64,000 nt of DNA, taken from NCBI RefSeq assembly GCF_963921235.1, contig NC_086105.1, positions 41,292,001 through 41,356,000 on the forward strand, read 5' to 3'. The stretch's first letter is position 1, and each line of letters starts with the position of its first letter. The translations under genes were made by a program, and so were the position numbers. The DNA is from Mobula hypostoma. Taxonomy: Eukaryota. Under the pieces are notes generated by a model that was not told where the DNA came from, did not search any database, and saw nothing but the letters and a program-made list of their open reading frames with translations. Below, in pieces: positions 14,101 to 26,725 of the stretch.

Positions 14101-14700
14101 TATTCTCCACTAAGGTGTTTATAATTGTGTCTGGCCTGTTCTGAGTTCCCTGTACCCCATTCCCTAGTTTAAACAGTCCTCAACCAACTGAAGCATACGC
14201 CTGCCCAGTACATTAGTGCCCCTCCAGTTGAAATGCAACCCGTCCAGCGGTACAGCTTCCATGTCCCCCAAAAGGCATCCCAATGTCCCATAAACCCATG
14301 CCCCTCCAATCTACACCATGATTTGAGCCATGCGTTAAATCTTCTAATCCCCTCTATCTTATCTAGACTGGCATGTGGCACAGGCAGAACTTCTGAGAAG
14401 ACTATCTTGTCAGTTCTATTCCGAAGCTTCCCACCTAACTCTTTAAATTTGTCTTGAAGAACAGGCAGCCTGCCCTTACCGATGTCATTTGTTCTGATGT
14501 GGACAATGATTACTAGATCCACCCCAGCTCTGGCCAGTAGCTTATCTATTCATCCAGGGACATTTCCTACTTGTGCTCCTGGTAGGCAACACACTGTATA
14601 AGATTCCTTGTCAGTACTGACCTGATTCTCAAACCCCCTTCCTCCCCCACCCCCCGATAATCGAGTCCCCTACTATAACTACTTTTTTTTTTACAGCGTT
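11200..14700 (-). mobile_element. Near full-length decayed CR1 LINE (ORF1 SGNH-esterase remnant, ORF2 endonuclease and RT)
   Basis: 14169-14522 IIVHIRTNDI...FNAWLKSWC...GFMGHW (CR1 ORF1 esterase); DFNFPNIEW, PTRGEAYLDL, SDHN (APE endonuclease); KSPGPE, QHGFRKGKSC, YLDFQKVFDKV (RT); many frameshifts. Confidence 0.9.
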
Positions 14701-15540
14701 TAGGGATAGGATTAGAGGGTCCTGCGGGGCTCCTCTGTACTGCCTACCATCTCAGAGTACTTCACCAATTATCAAACAAAAAGGAGGAAGCCATCTTGTT
14801 GACTTGCCAACTATGAGATGTCACCTATCCTAATTTCCCTTCCACCAATCATCAAACTCTAATGCTTCCCTCTGTCATGTCTCTCACTGAGCTGTTGGCG
14901 CACTGCTTATTTGTGGAGGGCCAGGAAATGTATGTGGCAGATTGTACAAAGTGTAGCGGAGCCAAACATCTGAGAAGAGTATCTTTTAAAAAAGATGTCA
15001 AAGCATTAGAGCATAATGTGAAATAGATGCCAATGCCAAAGCAAAAATATTGCTTTGTGTATTTGAGTCAAAGAATCTAAGCAAGAAGGTAATGCTAGAC
15101 TTGTGTACAAGACCACTCTGGCCATAGCTAGCGATCTGGTCACTACATTAAGGAAATGTGTGACAATAATAGACAAGGTTCAGAGGAGGCTTACATGGAT
15201 GCTGTCAGGTGTGGAAAAGCTGAGTTATGAGAAAAGTCGCTTTATGAGAGTTAAGTTGAGTTCCTCGGTACAGGATAGCTGAAGGGTGATTTAATCAAGG
15301 TGTAAAAAATTGGGCCAAAAGTTGATGATATGAAAAAAAAATTCTCTTAGAAGAGAAATTAATAACTAGGAGATACATTTTATATAATAGGCAGAATGAT
15401 TTAAAAAATTTACTGAAACACACTGGCTAAATTGGTGGAAGAAGCAGAAAGCCTGAGCATATTTAAACACTTGCAAGACTACAGACTAAGAGAGAAAATC
15501 CTCATGGTAATAAAGATAAAACTTTTAGAGCTTGATTCAC

Positions 15541-15775
15541 CTGAATGTAACATAGCAGTATTATCAGTTTTGGTTGATGCATCAACCATCCCATCTGCTG
15601 GTTTGTCAGAAGGATACTCCCGTGACACTTCATCAGTGTGTGTGTGCTGATCGGAAGGGCTTTCCTCTACTTCAGGATCATCACTTGGTTCTTGTGTTGC
15701 ATGGGTAAAGTCTTCCTTCTCCAGTGAATCACCTTGCTCCTGAGTTTCCAGCATATGCTTTTCATTTTCTGCCAT
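15541..15775 (-). CDS. IQUB: IQUB-like first coding exon (MAENEKHMLE...NTAMLHS)
   Basis: ATG at 15775, acidic low-complexity N-terminus, CAG|gtgaat phase-1 donor matching the next exon; lies downstream of NDUFA5 on the same strand as in the vertebrate IQUB-NDUFA5-ASB15 order; no diagnostic IQ or ubiquitin-like domain found in the window. Confidence 0.65.
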
Positions 15776-18335
15776 TTCTCATAACAAAACAGAAAGGTTA
15801 AGTCCTTCTGACAACTATTCCAAGACATAAGAGCAGCCTGGTTTCTTAAATCTAGATGTTTGCAATAACCTCATCAATCCTTCTAACAGCATAGTACCTT
15901 TTAAATGTAGAAAGCAAAACTAATTTGCACCAATTCAAAATGTTTAATCACTTATTTCCATTGGAATGAAATTATGATAGATATATGCCAGGATATAAAT
16001 CTTCTTCCTCTCTATATTTCAATAGTGATTACATTTCAAAGTGCATTCTTCAAGTAATGATTTCAATTTGGTAAAACACTTTGGATTGTCCTGAGTTTGA
16101 AAAATATGATATACAAATGTAAGTTCTCTAATCTCTGATTTGCTGTTCCCATCTGAAACTAATGGAATAGGATTTCTTAGCAGCACTGCCACCTTGATTT
16201 TGTGTACCATTGTGTCTGATGGTACAGAAGGGATTATGGAATATTTGACCAGGCTAACATGCCTACTGCATGCGCAAAGTTGTTTTAGTTCTGAACTTCA
16301 CCTTTAAAATTCATTCTGTTGCTTCAGGTGCCTTCCCTACCTAAGTGTCTCAATAGTGGGCTCATCTTACTTTTACAAAGACAAGGGAAGATACGTTTTA
16401 ATTCAGGGATTAACAGTAATCATAAAGGACCAAAGCATAAGAGATTTGTTTTATGAAATATAGAAAAGGGCTGCTGTTAAGCTAAGCTTCCTGTCCACCT
16501 TCCCATTGAATAATTTGCCCTTTCAAAGCCATTTCTTAGAAAATTCATGCTGAACCACTTATAGCTACTAGTCTCACAAAAACAAAATTAACAAACTTCT
16601 GCTTTCCTGCTGGACCTATGCCTGCTGTAAACACAAATCCAGTTCCATGTTTTAGAGAAAGCAAGGCAAAGTGATAGAGACTCCCTGGCACGGGATTCCT
16701 CATCCCTTACTCCAAGGGAAAAGGTATGGACTCAGTGGCAAAAAAAATTGGGAAAATGATTAGGAACATTCTCTTCCATATGGAAAACAATACCAAGCGA
16801 CACAAATCTCTCCACATAATTTGAAGTACCATATCCCTGGCACAATTTCGGTAAATCTTTCCCAAGCCCCTTACAGCTTCCCAAAAGTGTCTCCCAATAA
16901 TTTGGCAAAATATATCAGTTGTGGTATAGCTATAATTTATTCTTTTTTTTTGTTCTCTATGGTGGCACATAACATGAAGAATTCCATGTGTAAAGTTATG
17001 ACCCTCAACTTTTCTGCAATTTATAAAGATCTAAGCATAATTCATCTTCTCATTTAACCGATAAGCACACACAGAGTGCCATTCTCTACTCACTCATTTT
17101 AAAGAGCGGTGTGGAGAGCTCATACAGCTATAGAGCTATGGCTTGGCGGCTCTCAGGAAGCCACCTCAAGGACTGGTCATGTACAAGGATAATATACACC
17201 ATCATTGCTGTACTTTTTAAATTACTTTGCCTCACATTACCTTTTTCCTCTGACTAATATGTATCACAACATTCCTCCCCACATTTAATCCTCTTTGATA
17301 CAAATCTGTCCATTTCACCATTATTTCCATTCTCCTGAAATTTTTTGTATCCCCCTTCATTGTTTTCGTGTTAAGCTACCTACATATTGATAAATAATGT
17401 GGGCACACCCACAATTAGATCATTAATTTATATCTTGAAGAGCAAATGTACAAATACTGTCTCCTGAAAAACATTCACACTGGACTGATAAAAATAATTA
17501 TCAATATTTTGGGTAACCTCACACCACTTTGGAATGCGAAGGATTTTTTAAGCTTTGTAATATCTCTGTATTATAAGCATCACTACCGTACCAGGGAACA
17601 CTTCCAAGGATTCAGTCCCAAGAATTCGGGCTTCAGGTTCTTTTGTCATGAGTAGTCACCAATGTTTGGTGTGCATGGAGCTTGTCACTACCAACTATTG
17701 TAAGACTGCATGCAGATTCATGTTTCCAAGGCACCGTGGTTTACCCCAGGCTAATTGCTTTAACATTCATGGATGTTCAGCTTTAAAATCTTTAATTAAA
17801 GTTTACTACTAAATATGCAACTCAGGAACAAGTCATTATGTCACCTTCTAAACAAATGTTGTTTGATATAACTTTGTTGCTTCACTATCAAAAACAGTAA
17901 CCTATTTTCACACTCTCCCTTTGATCTCACGCAAAAAAGTTTTATCATCTCACAGAAAAAAAGTTTTACATTTAACATGCATTTCAGAGATTTAACTTTT
18001 TCTACCACTTTAGCTTGCAACCATAGAGTCTTTACAGAGTCTACAATGTTCTTAAGACACAATTCTGTCTTTTTTGAAACTTCTCCAGTTTTACTTGTCA
18101 AATAAATTGCTTCCTAAATGTGCTGCTGGATTGCTGTTATATTAAACATAAGTAACAGGCTAATAATCAGACCCAATTCCTTGCAGGCCTGGGAGAAGTG
18201 ATCCATCAAGCTCTGGAGGTGCTGCGAATTGTGGTTGCGACTGCTGTATCATCAGCAAATAGTATGCCTCTGATCATATCCTCATGCACTTTGGTTTTGG
18301 CTCTTAGGCAGGCAAGGTTAAAAACCCTGTTATCT

Positions 18336-19555
18336 CTTTCCAACATTATTATTAATTTATATATATAAGAATACACAGTACAGGAAAAAAATATCTATAT
18401 GTCAATACATTAAACTAAATTGCATATAAAGACTCTTTACCTCATATTCGTACAAGTCAATTAGTTCGTAACACTGAAAAATAATCTTATTATATAAAAA
18501 AAATCTAACCCACTACCAAGTCCGAAGCTGATTAGTAGAAAAAAAAGAAAAGATTGTTAGTCATCATCTGTGCTTTAACAGCTGTGACGAAAAACCAAGT
18601 TATCAGAAGATTGATGCTAATGAGAGAGAGATAAGAGAGACAAAGAGAGAAGCGTTCAAAATGTTAATGAGAGAGAAGAGAGATTAACGAAAAGAGACAC
18701 AGTTCCGAGTATTGACAGACCGGTTGCTTTGAACCTGAACTGTTTGAAGTTTGATGGACAGGCGATACCCCAGCAGGGGGATAAAAAGAACAGGTTCGCT
18801 AAGGCACGACACACCATGAGATCACGAGATAACGAGACCCTGGAAGAGCGGTGTGCCCCACAAGTTGGTGAGAGTTTGGAGGTCTGGTTCGAGGGAACCA
18901 ACCATAGACTCACAGGGTGAAAAGGTACAATCGGCGGGAACCTGGGGTGTGTGTCCGCCCTTGCCTGGGTGCCGGGTTCACCGCGGAAGAACAGTCGTAT
19001 CCGGAACGGAGGGGTCACAGTCGGTGACCACAGCGGGATAGAAGACATAAAAGGGTCCACCCGAAAGCCAACTGCGAAGAACATCAAAGGTCTGCTGAAT
19101 CAAAATTTGCATCTCTCTCTCTCTCTCTCCAACAGCACAACAGCGATTACTGCGAACTGTACTAAGCTGAACTGAACTCTGCATCACTTGAGACTGATCA
19201 TTTTACCCCTAGACTGCGATAGAGCTTGGTTGATTCCTATTACCCTAGTTCTGTGTACATGTGTGTTTTATCATTGCTAACCTGTTGCATTTATATCCTT
19301 GCGATTAGAGTACTGTGTTACTTATTTCTTTAATAAAACTTTATTAGTTTCCAGTAATCCAGACTCCAACTAGTGGTCCATTTCTGCTGGTTTGGCAACC
19401 CAGTTACGGGGTACGCAACACAGCAAATCAAAGGTTTTGAAAATAATTCAGAAAAGGTCCCCACAATGTTTGAAAGTCTTGATTAGATTCAAAGATTGAA
19501 CATTGAATCTTCTCTAAATTTAAACATGACATCACATCACGTAACCACTGGGTAT
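18336..19555 (-). mobile_element. L1-clade 3' fragment nested in the RTE
   Basis: TQWLRDVMSCLNLEKI...LWGPFLNYF* resembles a fish-type L1 ORF2 C-terminus; 15-bp TSD AAAACCCTG(T/C)TATCT at 18321-18335 and 19556-19570. Confidence 0.75.
18583..19420 (+). mobile_element. Solo LTR (838 bp), probably Gypsy-type
   Basis: TGTGACG...CGCAACA termini, 4-bp TSD CAGC (18579-18582 and 19421-19424), internal AATAAA near 19332. Confidence 0.85.
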
Positions 19556-20849
19556 AAAACCCTGCTATCTGATCTAGTGTGGAGATAGATCCCCTCTGCT
19601 GCAGTGCCAAATGTGTGTCCCAGAAGAAGGACAAAGAAGATCCTGAAGACTGCTGGGGTGAGAACACAGCCTTGCATAACACCGTTGCTCATGTCAAAGG
19701 GCTCCAAAGAGCTGCCATTGTACTGCACAGTCCCCTTCTTCACTCTGCTGTCGTGGTGGACAGCCCATCTTAGAGAGGATCTGAAAGAGCCAGTCTCTGC
19801 TGACTAACTCAGTTATGTTAGTGAGATCAATAAACTCAACGTAGAGGTGCTTCTTTTGTTTTCCGCACTTCTCTTGGAGTTAGGACAAGATGAGGAGACA
19901 CCACCAGTCATTGCCATTGTTAACGACAAAGTGGATGTTGTTCATCAGTTCACGTACCTTGGATCCATGATCAGTGACAACCCATCCTTGGATACAGAAA
20001 TTGACAAGTGCATTGGGAAGGCTGCAACAACACTTGCCTGCCTCACTACACGAGTCAGGGAGAACTCCAAGCTCTCAATCAAAATAAAGATGACAGTGTA
20101 CAACACATGTGCCACCAGCACACTGCTGTACAGCAGTGAAGCCTGGACAACATATTCTAAGTAGGAGAGAAAGCTCAACATCTTCCATTTAAGATGTCTT
20201 TATTGTAGCTTGGGCATCTCCTGGAGAGACAGAGTACCCAATGTTGAGGTTCTCTCCTGTGCCGGCCTCCTAAGTGTGTACACCCTGCTCAGGCAGCATA
20301 GGCTGGGCTGGCTGGGCCATTTCTGCCGCATGCAGGATGGCCGCATCCTAGAGGACATCCTCTATGGTGAGCTGACTTCAGGCAAGAGAACGGTGGGCCA
20401 CCTGCCACTGCACTACAAGTATGTCTGCAAGCAGGACATGAAGGCGCTGGACATCAACACTGAGTCCTGGGAGGAATTTGCAGCTGACTGCACCAAGCGG
20501 AGAAGCACCCTGAAATCTTAAGTCAAGTGAGGAAAAATTCCTGACCAATGGCCCCATAGAAAGAAAAACTAAATCTCCAGCAAAGTTGAGAACAGTTATA
20601 GATGCAACAACCTTTGCAACAGAGACCGCCACTCTCACATTGATCTCCTCACCCACAGCCAGGATGTAACATCCACTATCGACCTCAACCAATAGAGGGC
20701 CACTAAACATAAGTAACAGGTCACAAGAACTTCAAACAAATGTGCTTACTTCATTCTAATAACTGCAAGGATTTTGCTATATTGTGCTAATCCATCTCTC
20801 CCTCCCTCCCTCCCTCCCTCATGGCAGAATATGATGTAAGGAAGTACAT

Positions 20850-21645
20850 GATGCAAGAATGAATAAAGGCGAGGACTATTTTCGAAATGGGCAGAAAATT
20901 CAAAAAAATCAGAGGTGCAGAGGGACTTGGGAGTGTTCATGGGATTCCCTACAGTTTAACTTGTAGGTTGAGTCAGTGGTAAGGAAGGCAAAGGCAATGT
21001 TAGCATTGATCTTGAGAGGACTAGAATATAAGAGCAAGAATGGCATGCTGAGTCTTTATAATGCATTGGTCAGACTGCACTTGGAGTATTGTGAGAGCAG
21101 TTTTGAGCCCCTTTCTAAGAAAAGATGTGCTGCCATTGGAGAGGGTCCAGAGGAGCTTCACGAGAATGATGTCCAGAATGAGGAGTTAACCCACGAGCAG
21201 AATTTGATATCTCTAGGCCTAAACTCGCTGGAGCTTAGAAGAATGGGGGGGGGGGAGAGGCGGGAATCTTATTACAACCTATTAACCAATGGACTCTTGA
21301 AAGGTCTATATAAAGTAGATGTGGAGAGAGGATGTTTTGAATAGTAGGAGCATCTGGGACCAGAGGACACAGCCTCAGAACTGAGGGACATTCAGCTAGA
21401 ACTAAGAAAATGAAATTTTTCTTTAGCAGAATATGGTAAATCTGTGGAATTCACTGCCACAGATGGCTGTGAAGGCCTCATCATTGGGTATACTTAAGGT
21501 TGAGATTGATAGATTCTTGATTAATAAGGGCATCAGAAGTTATGGGGAGAAGGCAGGAAAATGGGATTGAGAGGGACAATAACTCAACCAGAATGGCAGA
21601 GCAGACTTATGGTCTAATTCTGCTCCTATGTCTTATGGTCTTATG
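20850..21645 (+). mobile_element. CR1 LINE 3' fragment
   Basis: LYNALVRLHLEYC, LGLNSLELRRM; (TCTTATG)n tail. Confidence 0.8.
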
Positions 21646-22269
21646 ATGGAGAATTAAAATGACAAGCATCTTGAAACTCAAGGTCACCTATACAAACTAC
21701 ACAGGGGTGTCTGCAAAACAGTCACCTGATTGACTATTGCAGAGAATGACCACATCATGCATATGAAGGCAGTACATTAACTTGGAAGTTTGACAATTAA
21801 ATGGCTGCTTAACTCAGAAGTAATGTTTAAGATGCTGGAAGATGAAGCAAAACGATAAAAAGGCAAGTATCACATTTCCAGCAGTTGTATGTGAAGGTGC
21901 CTTAAGAAAAGGTGTTAGTGAAAATAGTTGAGTGGACCAGAGGTTTGAGGAGAGAATGATACTTTCAAACTACTTGAAGGAGGAGATAAACAGAACAATT
22001 TTTAAAAATATATTTTTAGAGATATAGCATGGTAACAGGAAATCCAGAGCACCAGGAAGAAACCTACTTGATCACAGGGAGAACATATAAACTCCTTACA
22101 GACAATGCTGGGAATAGGTCCAGTGGTGGCATTGCATTGCTTGCCAGGCAAACTGACTTAATAAGAACAGCAATGCTTGTTGGGGTCTCCAGTCTACAGC
22201 ATTGAAGGTTCTTGTGAGTCTGCTTTCCCATGCTCGTGGCAAGGTCTCTTCTGCCTTAGATTGAAAGTA

Positions 22270-22780
22270 CAACAGTACGACATAGGGACAGGCCCTTCAG
22301 CCCACAATGTCCGTACTAACGATAGCACCTGCCCAAACTAATCCCATCTGCTTGTGTATAGTCCATGGACCTGCCTAAATGCCTCTTAAAGACAGCTACT
22401 GTATCTGCTTCCACACTTCTGCTGGCTGTGCTTTCCAGAGGCTTACTCCTCGTGTAAAAAAAATTGCTCTGTAAATCCCCTGTAAACTTTTCCCTTCCCA
22501 CCTAAAACTATGATTTCTTGTATTTGACTTTCCATCCCTGGAAAAAGACTCTGTGACTATCCACCTAATCTATGTCTGTCACTTCATTTTCTTCTTTTAG
22601 TGAGACAACAATCCAGGTTTGAATGCTGCCCCAAAACAAACAATCCAAGTTTGTCCAGCATCACCTTTAAAACAAATACTCACTAATCCAAGCAACATCC
22701 TGGTAAACAAACCTCTTCTGCACCCTTTCCAAAAGCTCCACATCCTTCCTGTAACCAGAAACGCACACAATACTCCAAAT
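22270..22780 (-). mobile_element. Decayed CR1 3' fragment
   Basis: Reverse complement resembles the CR1 3' end (VEADTVAVFKRHL). Confidence 0.6.
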
Positions 22781-23217
22781 TCCTAAATGGACATTGAATC
22801 TTTGGACACTACCTCACTTTTTAAAAAATATACAGTATTTTTGTTTTTGCACGTTTTTTAATCTACTCAATATAAGTAATTGATTTACTTGTTTATTATT
22901 ATTTTTTTCTCTGCTATATTATGTATTGCATCGAACTGCTGCTGCTAAGTTAACAAATTTCACGTCACATGCCGGTGATAATTCTGATTCTGATGTGGCC
23001 TAATCAAAATTTTAAACATCTGCAGCTTGACGCCCGACTTTTATACTCAACATCTCGACTAAAAAGAATAATGTGCCAAACCCCATTTTAATCACTTTTG
23101 GCTCCCTCTGTCCAGCAAACAAACCCCGAGGTAGCACAATCAAATACTCAAGTGTGCAGAGGGATGTCATCACCCCCTTCTTCATCACGTTGTTTACTGC
23201 CATCCTCCAACTCCTAC

Positions 23218-23390
23218 CTGGCCTGCTCCAAGTCCCAGACCCAATCGCCGAAAACCTTCCAGAAAGTTGTTATTAGTGATACCATAGCAACTGTCGCATC
23301 CGAAAAATGGGCATGCGCTGTGCCGACATTATGGTGTTAGGCATGCGTACATCGGTAGTATCGGAAGCAGAGACTAGGCATGCGCAGTGC
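23218..23390 (-). promoter_or_regulatory. Putative IQUB promoter and non-coding first exon: RFX X-box, three NRF1-like sites, ETS site
   Basis: X-box GATACCATAGCAAC 23278-23291; GGCATGCG at 23310, 23340 and 23377; CGGAAG 23362; local CpG enrichment; minus-strand donor CAG|gtagga at 23218. Confidence 0.65.
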
Positions 23391-24587
23391 TAATATGTTC
23401 GTTGGATCTTTCTGAAATGCTGTCCATTTTTGCAGTCTCAGAAGTTACAAACGTTTGCGCCCATTCTACTGAGAAAACTTCAGTTTAAATTTTCAGAGAA
23501 TATCCAGCTGATAGGATGAATAAACCTGTTTTTGTTTGGGCTTTCACACCTGTTGCTGGCTTTGTAACGGCCGTGCTAACAGAAGGTCCGGGATGTGAAA
23601 TTTTAATTGTTTCTCTGCACGGAAGGTGCCTGACCGTCTGAGTACTTCCAGCATTTCTGTTTCCACTTTGGAAGAGTTGTCCGGTTTAGTGCTGCAGTCT
23701 ATGACCTGTAACTTTGCTTCATCACATTCATATCCGTTTGCTTTTGGAAAGTACCTACGGAGTTGATCTCATCACCTCACCTGGTTTAAAAGTAAACTTA
23801 CCCTTTAATTCCTTTAATGATTATTTTAAAATTATTTGTTATTAGCGATCTCTAACCAAAGGAAATCTTTTCTCCACTTCATTAAAATCTCTCAATTATA
23901 TATGTAGAGGAATTTGAGAATTAAAACATAGATGGCAAGAGATAACCTATTAATTTTTAATTAATTAACCAATCTTAATTCCATTTAATTTGTACATCCC
24001 TTGCTTTCTGCAGTACCCAGAAATTTATCAAACTTTAAAAAGGAAGACTAAGCCACCACTGCCCTACTTAAAAGATTCTGTGAAGAGGAAGAACTTTTCC
24101 TCACGTCAGTCCTGAATGGTCTACCCGTAATTTTAAAAATGTGAGCGCTAAGGAAACATAGCCCAACCTTTTTTTTTGAAGTCTGGTGCCCTCGGTATTT
24201 GGGAGATGTAACCAATTTACATACCACAGCTCTTATAAGGAGACTGCCAGTGGACATTGACTGAAGAAAATTTCCACCCCACCCCTTTCCTCCATTCATT
24301 CTGGTCCCAATTTCCCCATCTGACTAGAGTTCAATTGTAACAGCCCAATTACTAGGCCAAACCATGTTAACTCTGGATCTTACTTACTGTATTTCTCTTC
24401 AATACTTTCACTTAATGTGAGCTATGTGGAATCTTGAATTATTTGTATTAAATGATTTCAGACACATAAAAACAGTACTTCTCCAACAAAGGCATCATGA
24501 GTGATAGGACACAGGTTCATGCTAATCGTGAAGATGTAGTGAACTATACAGAGATTTCAAAGAGATATAAACTGGTAGAATGAACAG

Positions 24588-25510
24588 ACCGAGATGCTTA
24601 TATTCCGTCTGGGTAGCCTCCAACCTGATGGCATGAACATTGACTTCTCAAACTTCCGCTAACGCCCATCTGCTACTGTCGTTACTGTGTGGTCGGGAAT
24701 CTTTCGGAGGGTAGGCCTCAAAATCCCCGGCCTTGCCTGCTTTTGGCGACCGAGAAGGAGGTCGAATCATTCGGACAGAGATGGTGCTCAGTACTCGGTG
24801 TCGGACAGCTGATCAGAGCTTGAAGTTTTCCGAACACTCAAGAGTCAGATTGTGGTCGGCATGGCAGGGAGAGTTTTTCTTCCTTCTCCCATCTGCATGA
24901 GATGTGGGACATTTGAGAATCTTTGAACTTTACTGTGCTCATGGACTTCTTCAAGTTATGGTATTGTTGCACTGTTGTAACTATATGTTATAATTATGAG
25001 GTTTTGTCAGTTTTTTCAGTCTTGGTCTGTCCTGTGTTTTGTGATATCACACCAGAGGAAATAATGTATCATTTCTTAATGCATGCATTACTAAATGACA
25101 GTAAAAGAGGACTACATGTCTTTATAATATAATGCCACACCTCCCCCTCATACCCCATCCATTATTTATTCATATACCCACATTCTTTTTCTCCCTCTGT
25201 CCCTCTCACTATACCCCTTGCCCATCCTCTGGGTTTCCCCCCTCCCCCTTTACTTGGGCCTCCTGTCCCATGATCCTCTCATACTCCTTTTGCCAATCAC
25301 CTGTCCAGCTCTTGGCTCCATCCCTCCCCCTCCCGTCTTCTCCTATCATTTTGGATCTCCCCTCCCCCTCCCACTTTCAAATCTCTTACTAGGTCTTCTT
25401 TCAGTTAGTCCTGACGCAAGGGTCTCAGCCCGAAATGTCGACTGTACCTCTTCATAGAGCTGCTGCCTGGCCTGCTGCGTTCACCGGCAACTTTTGTTTG
25501 TGTTGCCTGA
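24588..25510 (+). mobile_element. Penelope-like 3' fragment with a nested ~465-bp insert (24664-25129)
   Basis: LIFRLGSLQPDGMNIDFSNFR* and 3' repeat match the element at 46.5-49.3 kb; hammerhead motif at 25407-25443 has an extra C in the core. Confidence 0.8.
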
Positions 25511-26035
25511 AAAATATGACTTTTTTTGTAGGATGAATGAAAAGAGACAATATAAACTGGAAAGCATAATTTGAAAAGTAACACAAGAGCTGAGTTCCGT
25601 GAGGATACATCTGAATACATTGTTGGAGGCTTTGGTACAGACTGAAAAGTCATCAAAATATTAAAAGGTTTTGTATAAGGGGAGGGAATACAAATGTTCA
25701 TGTTGAAGTTCTGTGTAAACAATTGGAGTGTTCTGGTCAATATACTTAAGGAATGGGAAAAGGTTTTGAAACGTATACAGATGAGTTTTAACAAAATGAT
25801 TCCAGGCATGAGGGACTTCAGCTATGCAAATGTACTGGAGTTGTTCTCCTTGATAAGAGGTGATCAGATACAGATTTTAAAATTATGAAGGATACTAAAT
25901 ACCAATGATTTCTCTTGGATAGAGAAGACTGTGTTTTATATAGCACCACATTTTTTGGGATATTCAGTGTTTTAATCAATGATGCATCTTGTGCCAATAC
26001 ATATGAATACAAATCTACATATTAAGATCCATGTA

Positions 26036-26725
26036 GAGTGGATTCCAGTTAATTGGGCCATCAGTTAATCAGGTCAGCCACTTATTTGGGACACTAAGCC
26101 ACTTAATTATCAGTTTCTAACTAGCATCAGTTGTGCGCACTTCTGTGGCCATTGGACACTACACCATGCTTAGAGTGAACACTTTTAAACAGTGTCAGTG
26201 GCATGTGTTTCTGTTCAAGTAGTTACTTTTGTCACTGATAGTTGGGGAGAAGTAAGCAGTAGACAATTCAGAACTGTTTTACTCACTGCAGTTTCAAGCA
26301 TTCAGGCTTGGAGATGGCAGAAATGGCCAGAAGTTAGCAACTACAAAAAATTTGAAGGTATCAACAATCATCTTGAATGTTACACGAAAATGAAGATTTG
26401 GAGGATGCAATTGTCGAAAGCACTGTTTGAAGGCAGTCCACTGTCTGCATGAGGTATCTGCACTGATTTTGTTTACTTACAGTCAATCAACGCAGCAGCA
26501 TACACTGGATGAATTTCTCCATCATTAAATATCAGGAACAGTTTTATAATACTGTAGTAGTATTGGTAGGGTTCTAATTTGTTCTATATTTCATTTAAAT
26601 ACATAACTTATTACTTAGTTAAATGGTAGTTTGTTATTTTCATGAAACTTAAGCTAACTGGGGCAGCCACTTAATTGGGTCAAAAGGTATTCATCCCAAT
26701 GTGTCCCAATTAATTGGAACCACTG
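26036..26725. mobile_element. Tc1/mariner-superfamily (Tigger/pogo-like) MITE
   Basis: TIR (c/g)agtggattccagttaattggg; reverse-oriented relative at 43513-44360. Confidence 0.75.

Larger units (their letters stand above)
18160..20703 (+). mobile_element. RTE-clade LINE with inverted 5' segment (18160-19880 minus, 19880-20703 plus)
   Basis: Minus: QLQEKC...FIDLT, GVMQGCVL, LFADD...GLIISL; plus continues LGQD...FTYLGS...DILYGEL; 17-bp TSD TAAACATAAGTAACAGG at 18143-18159 and 20704-20720. Confidence 0.9.

Noticed and set aside
17241-17334. Purine-rich segment ending in AAG|gtaatg (minus) resembling the duplicated exons
   Set aside because: Poor acceptor, length not a multiple of 3, no shared internal blocks
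18656-19187. Several overlapping ORFs
   Set aside because: They lie inside the GC-rich solo LTR; no coding motifs
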